DNA of 64,000 bases from Candidatus Poribacteria bacterium (lineage in GTDB: Bacteria > Poribacteria > WGA-4E > PCPOR2b): contig OZ241983.1 of assembly GCA_965204355.1 (NCBI GenBank), forward strand, positions 500,483 through 564,482. The letters are read 5' to 3'. Positions 51,283 through 60,293 of the stretch are shown here, piece by piece. The translations under genes were made by a program, and so were the position numbers. The notes below the pieces were generated by a model. The model did not search any database, was not told the DNA's origin, and saw only the letters and a list, made by a program, of their open reading frames with translations. Each line of letters opens with the position of its first letter. Position 1 is the first letter of the stretch.

Positions 51283-52173
51283 TCACGTAATCTTGTCCAA
51301 CTCCTGACGCAAAGCCGATGGCAGTGGTCCCATTTCCGACGCTTGGGCGACATCGTCAAGTTCAGCGATGTTGGCTGCACCGCTGGAAACCGTCGTTACC
51401 CTCGAATCAGCGAGGATGTATTGGAAGGCATTTTGTGCGTGTGTTCCCGGCACCTCCTGAAGTCGTTCAAGGACACGCTGGACGCGTCTCTGTTCAGCTT
51501 CATCCTCTATCGCTGCTACCGCTTCTGACCGCCGGGGTTCGTCGGCGAACAGCAGTCCCGCGAGCGGTGTGGCGATAACAACCCCCATATCGTGAGCGGC
51601 GGCGGATGGAATGACCGCTTTCGCTGCCCTTTGGGAGCAGGGGTGGTAGTCGTGGTATACCAGCATTGTGTCGAATTCCCCGGTGTCCGCGAGTTTTGCT
51701 AAGAGTGGGATGGCTCTGCCGGTGATCCCAATTCTTTCGCAGAGTCCACGTTTCTGTGCTTCCTTCAAGCCCTCAAGCGTTCCACCCGGCTCTGTGATTC
51801 GTTCCCACCCCGCCATGTTGACCTCATGGATCTGTGCCGTTGCCAATTTTGGGATGCACAGCCGCTGCAGGCTCCGTTCTATGCTCCAGAGGACGCTGTC
51901 CCGACGGTAGTCGAAGTTTGGGGGATCGTAACCGACTTTGGTAGCGATATAAAAGTGTTCTGCTACGCCTTCAAGGGCACCGCCCAGCAGTTCCTCGCTC
52001 TTGCCGTAGAGTGGAGCGGTGTCGATGTAGTTGATCCCTAATTTGAGTGCATGTCTCAAGACTTCGTTTGTGCTTTCTTGGGCACATTCGGGATCTGTTC
52101 CCATCAGGTACGCCCCGCCGAGGCTGACTTCGCTGATCTGCCAACCTGTTCTTCCCATTTCTCGGTATTTCAT
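51283..52173 (-). CDS. aldo/keto reductase
   Basis: MKYREMGRTGWQISEVSLGGAYLMG... matches the AKR family N-terminus and overall pattern. Confidence 0.8.
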   Translation of the reverse strand: MKYREMGRTGWQISEVSLGGAYLMGTDPECAQESTNEVLRHALKLGINYIDTAPLYGKSEELLGGALEGVAEHFYIATKVGYDPPNFDYRRDSVLWSIERSLQRLCIPKLATAQIHEVNMAGWERITEPGGTLEGLKEAQKRGLCERIGITGRAIPLLAKLADTGEFDTMLVYHDYHPCSQRAAKAVIPSAAAHDMGVVIATPLAGLLFADEPRRSEAVAAIEDEAEQRRVQRVLERLQEVPGTHAQNAFQYILADSRVTTVSSGAANIAELDDVAQASEMGPLPSALRQELDKIT

Positions 52174-52190
52174 TTTTTACCTCGCATTTG

Positions 52191-53084
52191 TTATTCCGAT
52201 GGGGGCCAAGGGAGCCCCTTTTCCGTCGCGTCAATCATTTTCTGCAACTTATCGGCGACGTATTGGGTGTGGATGTCGATGAGCGTTTCGCCTTTCTCGA
52301 CGGTGGCAAGCAGGGCGTTTTCTTGGCGGGCACGGTCACGTGGGTTCTCCGGGTTCGGTCCGCCTTGGGGCCAACCCTCTTTAGAAAACGGTTCGAGATA
52401 CGACTCGACTTCGGGCGATAGATTATGGGCGTAATCCAAGTTAGCGGCGTCATATTCCTCCATTGTGAAAGCGCGCACCCGTTGTGGATATGCCGCTAAC
52501 ATCACGGAGGTCTCGTCTTCAGAGGCGTGGTTCAGCGCGGTCTGCCGTGCTATTGTGTCTAGCTTGCCATCCCTTAAGTCTCGGTAGCCTTGGAGGATAG
52601 TTACCTTGTCATCGTCCGTGAGCCCCATCCAGTAAGACTCCTCATCTATCGTGATATCGAGGTCACGTCGCCACGCCGGAAGCACCTCCCGAAGCAACCC
52701 GTGGTTGCCGCCGTGACCGTTGACGACCAGAATCGTACGGATGCCGTGGGTTTTCAGGCTCTGCGCGACATCGAAGATATACGCCTGCATCGTTTCCTTG
52801 CGCAACGTCAGTGTGCCTTTCCGCGCCATGTGGTACGGGGAGTAGCCCACCGGACAGGGCGGAGCGACGGTGACTTGGGGGTAGAGCTGCAAGGCAGCCC
52901 GCTGGGAAATGAACGTAGAGAGGACAATATCTAGGTCCAGGCTCAGGTGTTCGTTGTGCTGCTCAACCGCGCCGATGGGGAGGATCGCAGCTTTCAATTC
53001 GCCGCGCTGTAACGCTTCCCGAATCTCTTTCCGGGTGCACTCACCTAACATGACCTTGTAGGGGGTGACGTATCGGTTTGCCAT
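52191..53084 (-). CDS. creatininase family amidohydrolase
   Basis: AAILPIGAVEQHNEHLSLDLDIVL...ILVVNGHGGNHGL, the creatinine amidohydrolase family signature. Confidence 0.75.
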   Translation of the reverse strand: MANRYVTPYKVMLGECTRKEIREALQRGELKAAILPIGAVEQHNEHLSLDLDIVLSTFISQRAALQLYPQVTVAPPCPVGYSPYHMARKGTLTLRKETMQAYIFDVAQSLKTHGIRTILVVNGHGGNHGLLREVLPAWRRDLDITIDEESYWMGLTDDDKVTILQGYRDLRDGKLDTIARQTALNHASEDETSVMLAAYPQRVRAFTMEEYDAANLDYAHNLSPEVESYLEPFSKEGWPQGGPNPENPRDRARQENALLATVEKGETLIDIHTQYVADKLQKMIDATEKGLPWPPSE

Positions 53085-53202
53085 AGTTTGGGCTCCTTTA
53101 CCCTTTAGGACTTACGCAAATTGAATAGAAAATTGGCATATTTTGCTGAAAAGTCGTTATTGGGTTGCATTTAACCCCCTAAATTCCCCAACCCCCCTAG
53201 CC

Positions 53203-53292
53203 CCCCTTGTCAGGGGGGAAAGATGAATCGAGACTTATCAGGGGGAAAGATGGATCGGGACTTATCAGGGGGGAAACCCTTGTCAGGGGGAC
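53203..53292. repeat. tandem ~27-bp direct repeat (family C; about 3.5 units) with CCCCCC/GGGGGG palindromic cores
   Basis: CCCCCCTTGTCAGGGGGGAAAGATGAATCGAGA / CTTATCAGGGGGAAAGATGGATCGGGA / CTTATCAGGGGGGAAACCC / TTGTCAGGGGGA, between the enolase-superfamily and creatininase genes. Confidence 0.8.
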
Positions 53293-53314
53293 TTTAAGAG
53301 GAAATGCGTAAGCC

Positions 53315-54568
53315 CTATCCTTCTAATCGTCGGACGGTGCTACCATCCTGCACGGCATCATAGATTTCCTCGAACCCAGCGCTTCCATCATCGGGAACAG
53401 CGTCCAGATTCGATCCCGCCTCGCAGGTCGGCATGGCATCGTTAGGATAGACTGCGTGGAGGTCCTGCTTGCTGCAACCGTAGTAAGTCGTCTCTCCGCT
53501 TGCGCGGGTATAGCGATAGACGTGACGGGGTGGATCCACAAAGGAGTAGTCTACCTTGTACTTCTGCACCGCTTCTTCGTCAACCTCTACGCCGATGCCC
53601 GGTTTTTCTGGGACACGGTAGAACCCGCCGCGCAGCTCAATCGGTTCTGTGATGAGCTGGCTTTCCCAGATATTCATGCAGGTAATCGCGGGCCACTTTG
53701 CTTGGGCACAAACAGCACCGAGATGAGCTGCCCATGTTGTGGTGATGCCGGTGCCGACGAGTTGCAGCCAGAAGGGTTTGTTCGCTTCCTCGCAAACGGT
53801 TGCTTGCTTTAACAGACGATATGCACCCACACCGATGACGAAGCCGTCCGCCACGTCTTCGTGCAGCGTGGTTAGGATGGGTGGAGAACCGTAGTGCATT
53901 GCCACGGGCCGGTTGATGCGTTGGCGAATTTGTTTGTTCCCCGCGACATCGCCCTGTGGGATCGGGGATTCGATCATGGCGACCTGTTCGTACTGTTCGA
54001 GGGTCTTGAGAAACTCGACGGCGTTGGCTGCGTTTGCTAGGGTTGCATTGAAGTCCAGATCCAGTTTGAACTGCGAGGGCACATCTTCGATGATGGCTTG
54101 GATGGCTGCGTGTAGGTCGTACCATGTCCGTGCTTTGAGTTTAGAGGACATATAGCCCTGTGCAGCCGCATCAGCGCATTGCTGCGCCCAATCTTTCGGC
54201 GGCATGTCCATCGCCCACCAAGAGAGTGGACACCACTCTCGGACTTTCGTTCCCAGAAGGCGATAGGCGGGGGTGTTTAAGGATTTGCCGACTGCGTCGA
54301 AGAGCGCGATTTGGACGCCGGCGCCCAGACCGTCCTCCCACAGCAGATCTCCAGCCTCGCGTCCCACGATCTGTTCTTGGATATCATCGGACACTTGCGC
54401 CCAAGTGTAGTTGGGGATGGTTTCGCCCCAGCCGACCACACCGTTATCAAGGGTGATTTTGCAGATTTGGACGATGTGCCAGTGGGGCAGCCAATACTGC
54501 ATGTGTTCATTTGTGTGTGGCGTGAAGGGAACGTCTAAGTAGGTAAGTTCAACATCGGTGATTTTCAT
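53315..54568 (-). CDS. enolase superfamily protein (mandelate racemase / muconate lactonizing enzyme-like)
   Basis: 417 aa, MKITDVELTYLDVPF... N-terminal capping domain and barrel domain pattern of MR/MLE family. Confidence 0.7.
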   Translation of the reverse strand: MKITDVELTYLDVPFTPHTNEHMQYWLPHWHIVQICKITLDNGVVGWGETIPNYTWAQVSDDIQEQIVGREAGDLLWEDGLGAGVQIALFDAVGKSLNTPAYRLLGTKVREWCPLSWWAMDMPPKDWAQQCADAAAQGYMSSKLKARTWYDLHAAIQAIIEDVPSQFKLDLDFNATLANAANAVEFLKTLEQYEQVAMIESPIPQGDVAGNKQIRQRINRPVAMHYGSPPILTTLHEDVADGFVIGVGAYRLLKQATVCEEANKPFWLQLVGTGITTTWAAHLGAVCAQAKWPAITCMNIWESQLITEPIELRGGFYRVPEKPGIGVEVDEEAVQKYKVDYSFVDPPRHVYRYTRASGETTYYGCSKQDLHAVYPNDAMPTCEAGSNLDAVPDDGSAGFEEIYDAVQDGSTVRRLEG

Positions 54569-54724
54569 GGCAGTTTCCTTTCATTGGGATTTTAGGCACT
54601 TGTACAGTCCACCAATCACACGAATCCATACGAATAAAAAAAGTTATTAGCGCAGATTCATGCAGATTGGTAGAATGAAACGTGAAACGTGAAGCGTGAT
54701 GTTTCACGTTTCACGCATTCTGTC

Positions 54725-55621
54725 TCAACGGTTGAAGAAGAAATTTTCCGCTGTCTTGAACAGGATCTGTTCCTTGTCTGAATCGCTTAGAAAATCGGCG
54801 TGGTCGTTGATAAGCGCGATTGCTGCGGGAAAATCGGTATGTGGGTTATCCATCACCACTGGACCGCCGCTGTCGCTTTCCCACATACAGCGTTCTGGTC
54901 CAAAGGCGTCCACCACTCGCCGGATCAGTGGCAGGAGATCCAGATACGGAGCCTTTCCATCCCCCAACGCTTGGAAGGGACCCAGCTTGACCATCACGCG
55001 CTTGTGCTTTGCCATAGCGCAGAGCGTTTTGAGGTCGTCTTCGGGGAAGATGCCGTCTCGTATCCGCACCCCACAGATGTGATCCAGAATCACAGGGGTT
55101 TCGGGGAAACGGGTGCACATTCGATCCAGATCTGGCAGATCGTCAAGCCCCATGAGGAAACTCAAGGCGAGGTTATGCGCTGCCCCCGCTGCAAACATCC
55201 CCTCGTACCCCGGATAGTCGAGCCATTGGGTGACATCACCAATCGGCATACGCGCGCTTTTGCCACCGCGTATACGAAAGGCGTAGATGCCCCGACGGGA
55301 CAGTGCGATCATCGTTTTATCTGGACTGGCGAGCGACACGTCCGTCACTGCTGGGACAATGCCTGTGCCCACAAAGGTGTCTGGGGCGTTGGCGATCAGA
55401 TCTATGATGTAACTGTGATCGAGACCGTACCACGTCATTTGGACGAGGTTTATCCGGACTTTACCGACCGCGCGGCTGTACTCGAAATGCTGTTCTGGGG
55501 TAAAGGAAGGCAGCCACAGGTCGCTTGGGCTGAAACCGGGTGCCAGTGGATAATTATCAAAGTCGTCTGTCCAAACGTGGATATGTGCGTCGATGACTCT
55601 ATCTTGTACGTTTATTCCCAT
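54725..55621 (-). CDS. amidohydrolase-2 family metal-dependent hydrolase (PF04909-like)
   Basis: IDAHIHVWTDDFDNYPLAP... with the HxH metal site at the N-terminus; ~300-aa TIM barrel. Confidence 0.7.
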   Translation of the reverse strand: MGINVQDRVIDAHIHVWTDDFDNYPLAPGFSPSDLWLPSFTPEQHFEYSRAVGKVRINLVQMTWYGLDHSYIIDLIANAPDTFVGTGIVPAVTDVSLASPDKTMIALSRRGIYAFRIRGGKSARMPIGDVTQWLDYPGYEGMFAAGAAHNLALSFLMGLDDLPDLDRMCTRFPETPVILDHICGVRIRDGIFPEDDLKTLCAMAKHKRVMVKLGPFQALGDGKAPYLDLLPLIRRVVDAFGPERCMWESDSGGPVVMDNPHTDFPAAIALINDHADFLSDSDKEQILFKTAENFFFNR

Positions 55622-55907
55622 TTGTTTTTTTGCCCTTTGCTTTGTGTTGGTGTGTTTCTTGAGATATTATCACAGATTCTACTAGGAAACCATGAAAAAC
55701 TTCACTGGGGGAAAGCGGCTATTGTGGTATTTTTGCGACGGCGGTGTGGCACAGTTTCGACAGTCTCTTTGTGAGGATGACACTCCCTTCGAGATTACGA
55801 CTTATGTTAAAAGCAGGTGCACAGTTGTCCGAAGAAGGCGTTTTTCGAAAAACTCCAATACATTTCCCATGATTCGGGATAGTTGTGGTATCTATGGTAA
55901 ACCCTAA

Positions 55908-55970
55908 AAACAGATAGACGCTTTCGCTCCCCGTGTATGGTAGGCGCTGTTTCCAACTGCGCCTATACGG
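55908..55970. repeat. REP-like element, family A (copy 4, first hairpin only)
   Basis: AAACAGATAGACGCTTTCGCTCCCCGTGTATGGTAGGCGCTGTTTCCAACTGCGCCTATACGG is near-identical to 19026-19086. Confidence 0.75.
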
Positions 55971-56064
55971 TTTGTATCAGATCCTATCTAACTCCGTTGA
56001 AATATTGACAGAACCTGATGAACCTTTTCAGTCCACCCAACACTAAAAGGGGTAGGAGGACATT

Positions 56065-56604
56065 GTGGCAAGGGATATTGGAGAATATCACTCCCAGATT
56101 ACGCGGTTCGTTGATGAGCTCTGTCGTGTCTACTATAGACACAGCCAGCCTGAAGACCGTAGGGATATCAGCAGCGAGGTTGCCCTGATCACTCATCAGA
56201 ACCGTGAGCAGATTGCGGACGAATCGGAAGAGGTGTTTCTAGCGTGGCTCCATCAGATTGCGAGAAATGTAGTTCGAAACTGGTCACGTCGTGAAGGGAC
56301 CGCTGCTAGGCGCGCACTTGGCAGTCTGGACGACGAAAATTTTGGGGCTGAAAGGATACCATCAGATTCACCTGCACCAGAAACAGATCTCCTCGTTCAA
56401 GAGAGAATGGCGGTTGTTCGGGACGCAATCTCGGAGCTTCCCTTGATTCATCAACAGGTGGTCTGGTTATTTTACGTTGAGGAACTCTCGGTAAAAAAAA
56501 TCGCAACAAAGCTCGGAATTAGACAAGGAACGGTTAAAAGCCGTCTATACCATGCAAGAGAGCAGCTCGCGACGCGTTTAGCATCCTATTTTGCCGAGAA
56601 TTAA
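56065..56604 (+). CDS. RNA polymerase sigma-70 factor, ECF subfamily
   Basis: Region 2 (FLAWLHQIARNVVRNWSRR) and region 4 HTH (LSVKKIATKLGIRQGTVKSRLYHAREQL); GTG start as called. Confidence 0.75.
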   Translation: MARDIGEYHSQITRFVDELCRVYYRHSQPEDRRDISSEVALITHQNREQIADESEEVFLAWLHQIARNVVRNWSRREGTAARRALGSLDDENFGAERIPSDSPAPETDLLVQERMAVVRDAISELPLIHQQVVWLFYVEELSVKKIATKLGIRQGTVKSRLYHAREQLATRLASYFAEN

Positions 56605-56624
56605 TAATAAGAGGAAAGGAAACT

Positions 56625-56975
56625 ATGAAGCATCAAGCACTACTTCTTGTCATCTCTTGTATGACACTCTCGATCGTTCTTGGTGGGTGCCATGTAGAAG
56701 TAAATGTAACAGAAGAAGAGGAAGATGGTTTTTTGACAGTCAAGAACCGTTCAAATGTAACAATCACGGGTATTTTTATCGCTGCTCCCGAAGACGATTC
56801 TTGGGGGGCAGATCAACTCAAATCCGATGTTCTACTACCTGGTGGTATAGTAATTTTTACTATTGAACCTGGCACCTATGACATCAGGGTTGTATCTGAA
56901 CATCATCGAGATTTCATATATGAAGCTGACATCTCGAGTGGGTGGACGACAACCGTGGCAGTCAGATTCAGATAA
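56625..56975 (+). CDS. small lipoprotein (hypothetical)
   Basis: Signal peptide with lipobox LGGC (MKHQALLLVISCMTLSIVLGGC); 116 aa; SD GGAAAGGAAA upstream. Confidence 0.5.
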   Translation: MKHQALLLVISCMTLSIVLGGCHVEVNVTEEEEDGFLTVKNRSNVTITGIFIAAPEDDSWGADQLKSDVLLPGGIVIFTIEPGTYDIRVVSEHHRDFIYEADISSGWTTTVAVRFR

Positions 56976-57035
56976 GGAAGCTGCAAGAACGACCTTCCTG
57001 CAAAGAAACCACGTTGAGAAAGGAATAAAACAGTA

Positions 57036-59534
57036 GTGAAATACCCCTTATTGATATGGAATGCGAGTTTGTATCTGTTCTTCATTCCTTTATTGTTAAT
57101 TCTGTTACTCCCACTTGCAGCGCTATCTCAAACTGGGACAATTGAAGGCACCGTTTATGATGGAAATACTAACACACCGATAGTCGGGGCAGATGTCCGT
57201 ATCCTCGGAACCGATGAACGCCAAACAACCGACACAGAAGGGAAATTCTGGTTCATAGAAATGGTTCCAGGCACCTACACTGTGTCAATAACTCACGAAA
57301 TGTACGACACCCCTACAGAAACCGATATAGAGGTAATGGCAGGTCATACCACCCAAGTAAAATTGTATCTCGGCGAGGTGCTTATGCTCGAAGAGGTTAC
57401 TGTTGAGGGGGAACGTCTCCCACCAACAGTTAGTCGAAAAGACATCCGTGGAAGCGAACTGATACGTATCCCCGGCGTCGGTAACGATGCGCTCAAAGGG
57501 TTGACCACGCTTCCGGGAATCGGTGTTCCCAATGATTACTTCGGCATTCTCTATATCCGTGGAAGTGAGCCGGGATCTAACCTCTACTATTTCGACCGGA
57601 CACCGCTCGGATATCCGTTTCACTGGGGCGGTCTGCTCTCGACCGTCAGTTCGGAAATCATTGATAAAATTGATATCTATGCCGGTGGATACGGTGGGGA
57701 ATTTGGGTTGGATTCGCAGGCGGTGTTGGACATCCAATCACGCGATAGCATAGAGGAGCAGATAAGCGGTAAATTTAACCTGAATATCCTCTACTCCGAA
57801 GGGATGCTTGAGCGCAGACTTGGGGATGAGGGATACGTCTCTATCGCTGGACGACGGAGCTACATCGATCTCATTGTTGGACAGTTCATTGGTGAACAGC
57901 AGTTTCCCTACTTTTCGGATTATCAACTCAAATTTGCTTATCCCCTCGGTGAAAAGCATCGCCTGACGCTCAACAGCTTTGCTGCAACCGACCATTTCCA
58001 CGTTGAAGAGACGACATCTGTAGAAGTTACGGAAGTGGAGAGTGGCCAAATGGAAGAAGAAACGCAGACATTTGAAGGGGGGCGCGCCTCTGCCTTTTTC
58101 AAAAATGGGTTTAACGCACAAGGCCTCCATCTCCGTTCAAATTTCACTGAAAATCTTACCTCCCACCTCTCGCTTACCCGCTCCTTCAATTTTCTCACTA
58201 TCAACTTTGAAGCGCCCATCACGGAGTCGTATGAATTCGGTTCAGACGGTGAACTTGTGTCTGAAGTAGACTACGGTCACTACGATATAAATATCAGGGT
58301 TCCAGTCTATACGTTGAGGGAAGACGTGTCCTACCGATTGAATCTACGCCCTGGCGATACTAGGAATCAAAGTGCGCCTGCCGCATTGGAAACAGGACTC
58401 CTTCTTTCCTTCAGTCCTGCCAACAGTTTCGAGGACAGCAGGCTCCCGCAATTTGAAGAGCGCGCGGACCACGAAGAAACGGTTACCCTAGTTGTTGATG
58501 AAAATGGGGGGATGGTCGAAGAAACTATCGTGGGTGGAGAGGGATTGGAGTTAGTCGATATTGAAGAAAACCGCTACGAATTCGGGCACGATTTCCGGCG
58601 CGCTGAGGGCTACTTACAGGGGCGATATGACCCGCTGCCTTTTCTATCTGGTGCGCTAGGGATTCGGTTGGATTATCTGGATGTGACAGGGCAGACCTCC
58701 ATTCAGCCGAGGGGGAGCTTAAGTTTTGCGTTGCCGAGCGGTTCCAATCTCCGGTTTGCGTATGGACATTATGAACAGAGTCCACAACCGCATCAGATAC
58801 TGTCGGAGAACGGGAATTCTGCGTTGGAATCCAGCCTTGCACGGCACTATATCATGGAACTTGAAGGCGAACTCTCAGCTCGAACAGAATTCAAGTTTGC
58901 TACCTATTACAAGGATATGCAGAAGTTGGTCACAGCGGATGAGATAGCGAATTATCTTAATCAGGGCACTGCGTATGTTAGCGGCGCAGAGGCGTTCCTG
59001 CGACACCGTGTGCCGGATAAATTCTTTGGCTGGATCTCGTATGCTTACACACACGCTGAGCGGCGCGAGAATCCGGGGGATTCCTACCGACCTTATTTTT
59101 TTGATAACACCAATATTGTTAGCGTTGTTGCCAATTATAACTTCACGCCCAAGTTTGAGATTGGCGCGAAGTGGCAGTATTTGAACGGAACCTCTGAGGT
59201 GCCAATTAGTTCTGTCGTGCTGGTTCAGGACCCACTGACACGTGGATTGAACCCGCTTTTGGCGGATATTGATGAAGCCGTCACTGCCGAGCTGACCCCG
59301 TATCACAAGTTGGATCTCCGGCTGAGTTACAAATTCGACTTTATGGGCTTACGGATAGGTGCGTTTCTCGATATTCTGAACGTCTACAACCGGAAAAACA
59401 GCGTGAAATTTGTCTTTACTCCGGATGAGCTGCTTGAGGTCCAAGGTGAACAGGTGGAACTCGAAGAGCCTGAAATCTTTGAGGCGCAGCAATTCCCGCG
59501 CATTCCCTATTTTGGTCTAACGGTTGAATTTTAA
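57036..59534 (+). CDS. TonB-dependent receptor-like outer-membrane protein with N-terminal carboxypeptidase-regulatory-like domain
   Basis: Signal peptide; CarbopepD_reg-like segment (GTIEGTVYDGNTNTPIVGADVRILG...GKFWFIEMVPGTYTVSI); plug-like segment; long beta-barrel region ending in a terminal aromatic (...GLTVEF). Confidence 0.6.
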   Translation: MKYPLLIWNASLYLFFIPLLLILLLPLAALSQTGTIEGTVYDGNTNTPIVGADVRILGTDERQTTDTEGKFWFIEMVPGTYTVSITHEMYDTPTETDIEVMAGHTTQVKLYLGEVLMLEEVTVEGERLPPTVSRKDIRGSELIRIPGVGNDALKGLTTLPGIGVPNDYFGILYIRGSEPGSNLYYFDRTPLGYPFHWGGLLSTVSSEIIDKIDIYAGGYGGEFGLDSQAVLDIQSRDSIEEQISGKFNLNILYSEGMLERRLGDEGYVSIAGRRSYIDLIVGQFIGEQQFPYFSDYQLKFAYPLGEKHRLTLNSFAATDHFHVEETTSVEVTEVESGQMEEETQTFEGGRASAFFKNGFNAQGLHLRSNFTENLTSHLSLTRSFNFLTINFEAPITESYEFGSDGELVSEVDYGHYDINIRVPVYTLREDVSYRLNLRPGDTRNQSAPAALETGLLLSFSPANSFEDSRLPQFEERADHEETVTLVVDENGGMVEETIVGGEGLELVDIEENRYEFGHDFRRAEGYLQGRYDPLPFLSGALGIRLDYLDVTGQTSIQPRGSLSFALPSGSNLRFAYGHYEQSPQPHQILSENGNSALESSLARHYIMELEGELSARTEFKFATYYKDMQKLVTADEIANYLNQGTAYVSGAEAFLRHRVPDKFFGWISYAYTHAERRENPGDSYRPYFFDNTNIVSVVANYNFTPKFEIGAKWQYLNGTSEVPISSVVLVQDPLTRGLNPLLADIDEAVTAELTPYHKLDLRLSYKFDFMGLRIGAFLDILNVYNRKNSVKFVFTPDELLEVQGEQVELEEPEIFEAQQFPRIPYFGLTVEF

Positions 59535-59587
59535 CGGTTCGCAAAATAGGTTTGAAGCATTAAATATTGAAGGGAGGTTGAAGAACG

Positions 59588-60259
59588 ATGAAATGTAATC
59601 AAGTAGAGGAAAAGTTAATCCATTCGATTGATGAGGAATTGTCTCCACAGATTCGAGAGCATCTTCTCGGCTGTGAAGAATGCGAGCAGAAATATAGAAT
59701 CTTACAGGAGACACAGAAATCTCTAAGGGATTTTGGCCGTGCCGTTCGAGATGGTTCCATTTCGATGGAGGCACCGCCATTTCCGCCGGTTCGACGCCGT
59801 TCCTTCTGGATCGAAATACGCGATAGCCTGAAAACACCGGTGCCGGTGTGGGTGCCCTCTGCTATCGGTGTGGTGGGGTTGTTGTTACTCGTTATGGCGA
59901 TTTTTTCGCCGCTCACCCCGCCGATGGAATGGGGCCCACAAAAAGGGAATGAAAATGCAGGTCGCATCGCTCCACCCCTCTCGGCGGAGGGGATGTTGGA
60001 GTTTCTCATTATGCCTACACCAATGGACGCAGCACAACTCGCCGCCTCAATCGAAACAGTTGAAACGTTCCTGAAGATGCATCCGGATGATCTCGCGATG
60101 CACGCCAAACTGGTTGAACTGTATCAATCTCGACTTAAGTTGGGGGAACTGTCCGCCGGCGAGCGTGACGCCATGACAGAGAAATTATCACTTGAACGAC
60201 AACGTTTTTCAGCGCTGCTGGAAAATTTTACGAAAGGGGTAGAGAATGATTCAGAATAG
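59588..60259 (+). CDS. zf-HC2 anti-sigma factor (single TM)
   Basis: MKCNQVEEKLIHSIDEELSPQIREHLLGCEECEQKY carries the H-x3-C-x2-C anti-sigma zinc motif, followed by the TM helix VWVPSAIGVVGLLLLVMAIF. Confidence 0.65.
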   Translation: MKCNQVEEKLIHSIDEELSPQIREHLLGCEECEQKYRILQETQKSLRDFGRAVRDGSISMEAPPFPPVRRRSFWIEIRDSLKTPVPVWVPSAIGVVGLLLLVMAIFSPLTPPMEWGPQKGNENAGRIAPPLSAEGMLEFLIMPTPMDAAQLAASIETVETFLKMHPDDLAMHAKLVELYQSRLKLGELSAGERDAMTEKLSLERQRFSALLENFTKGVENDSE

Positions 60260-60293
60260 CTTGGGACAAACGAGTGGATGGAAGGAGGGAAAG

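Noticed and set aside
53637-54125. 162-aa Arg/His-rich minus-strand ORF inside the enolase-superfamily gene (alternative frame)
   Set aside because: It is a frame artifact of a GC-rich gene. The enolase-superfamily frame is continuous and conserved.
54800-55774. 324-aa plus-strand ORF antisense to the amidohydrolase gene
   Set aside because: It has no SD and no recognisable fold, and it overlaps a well-supported minus-strand gene completely.
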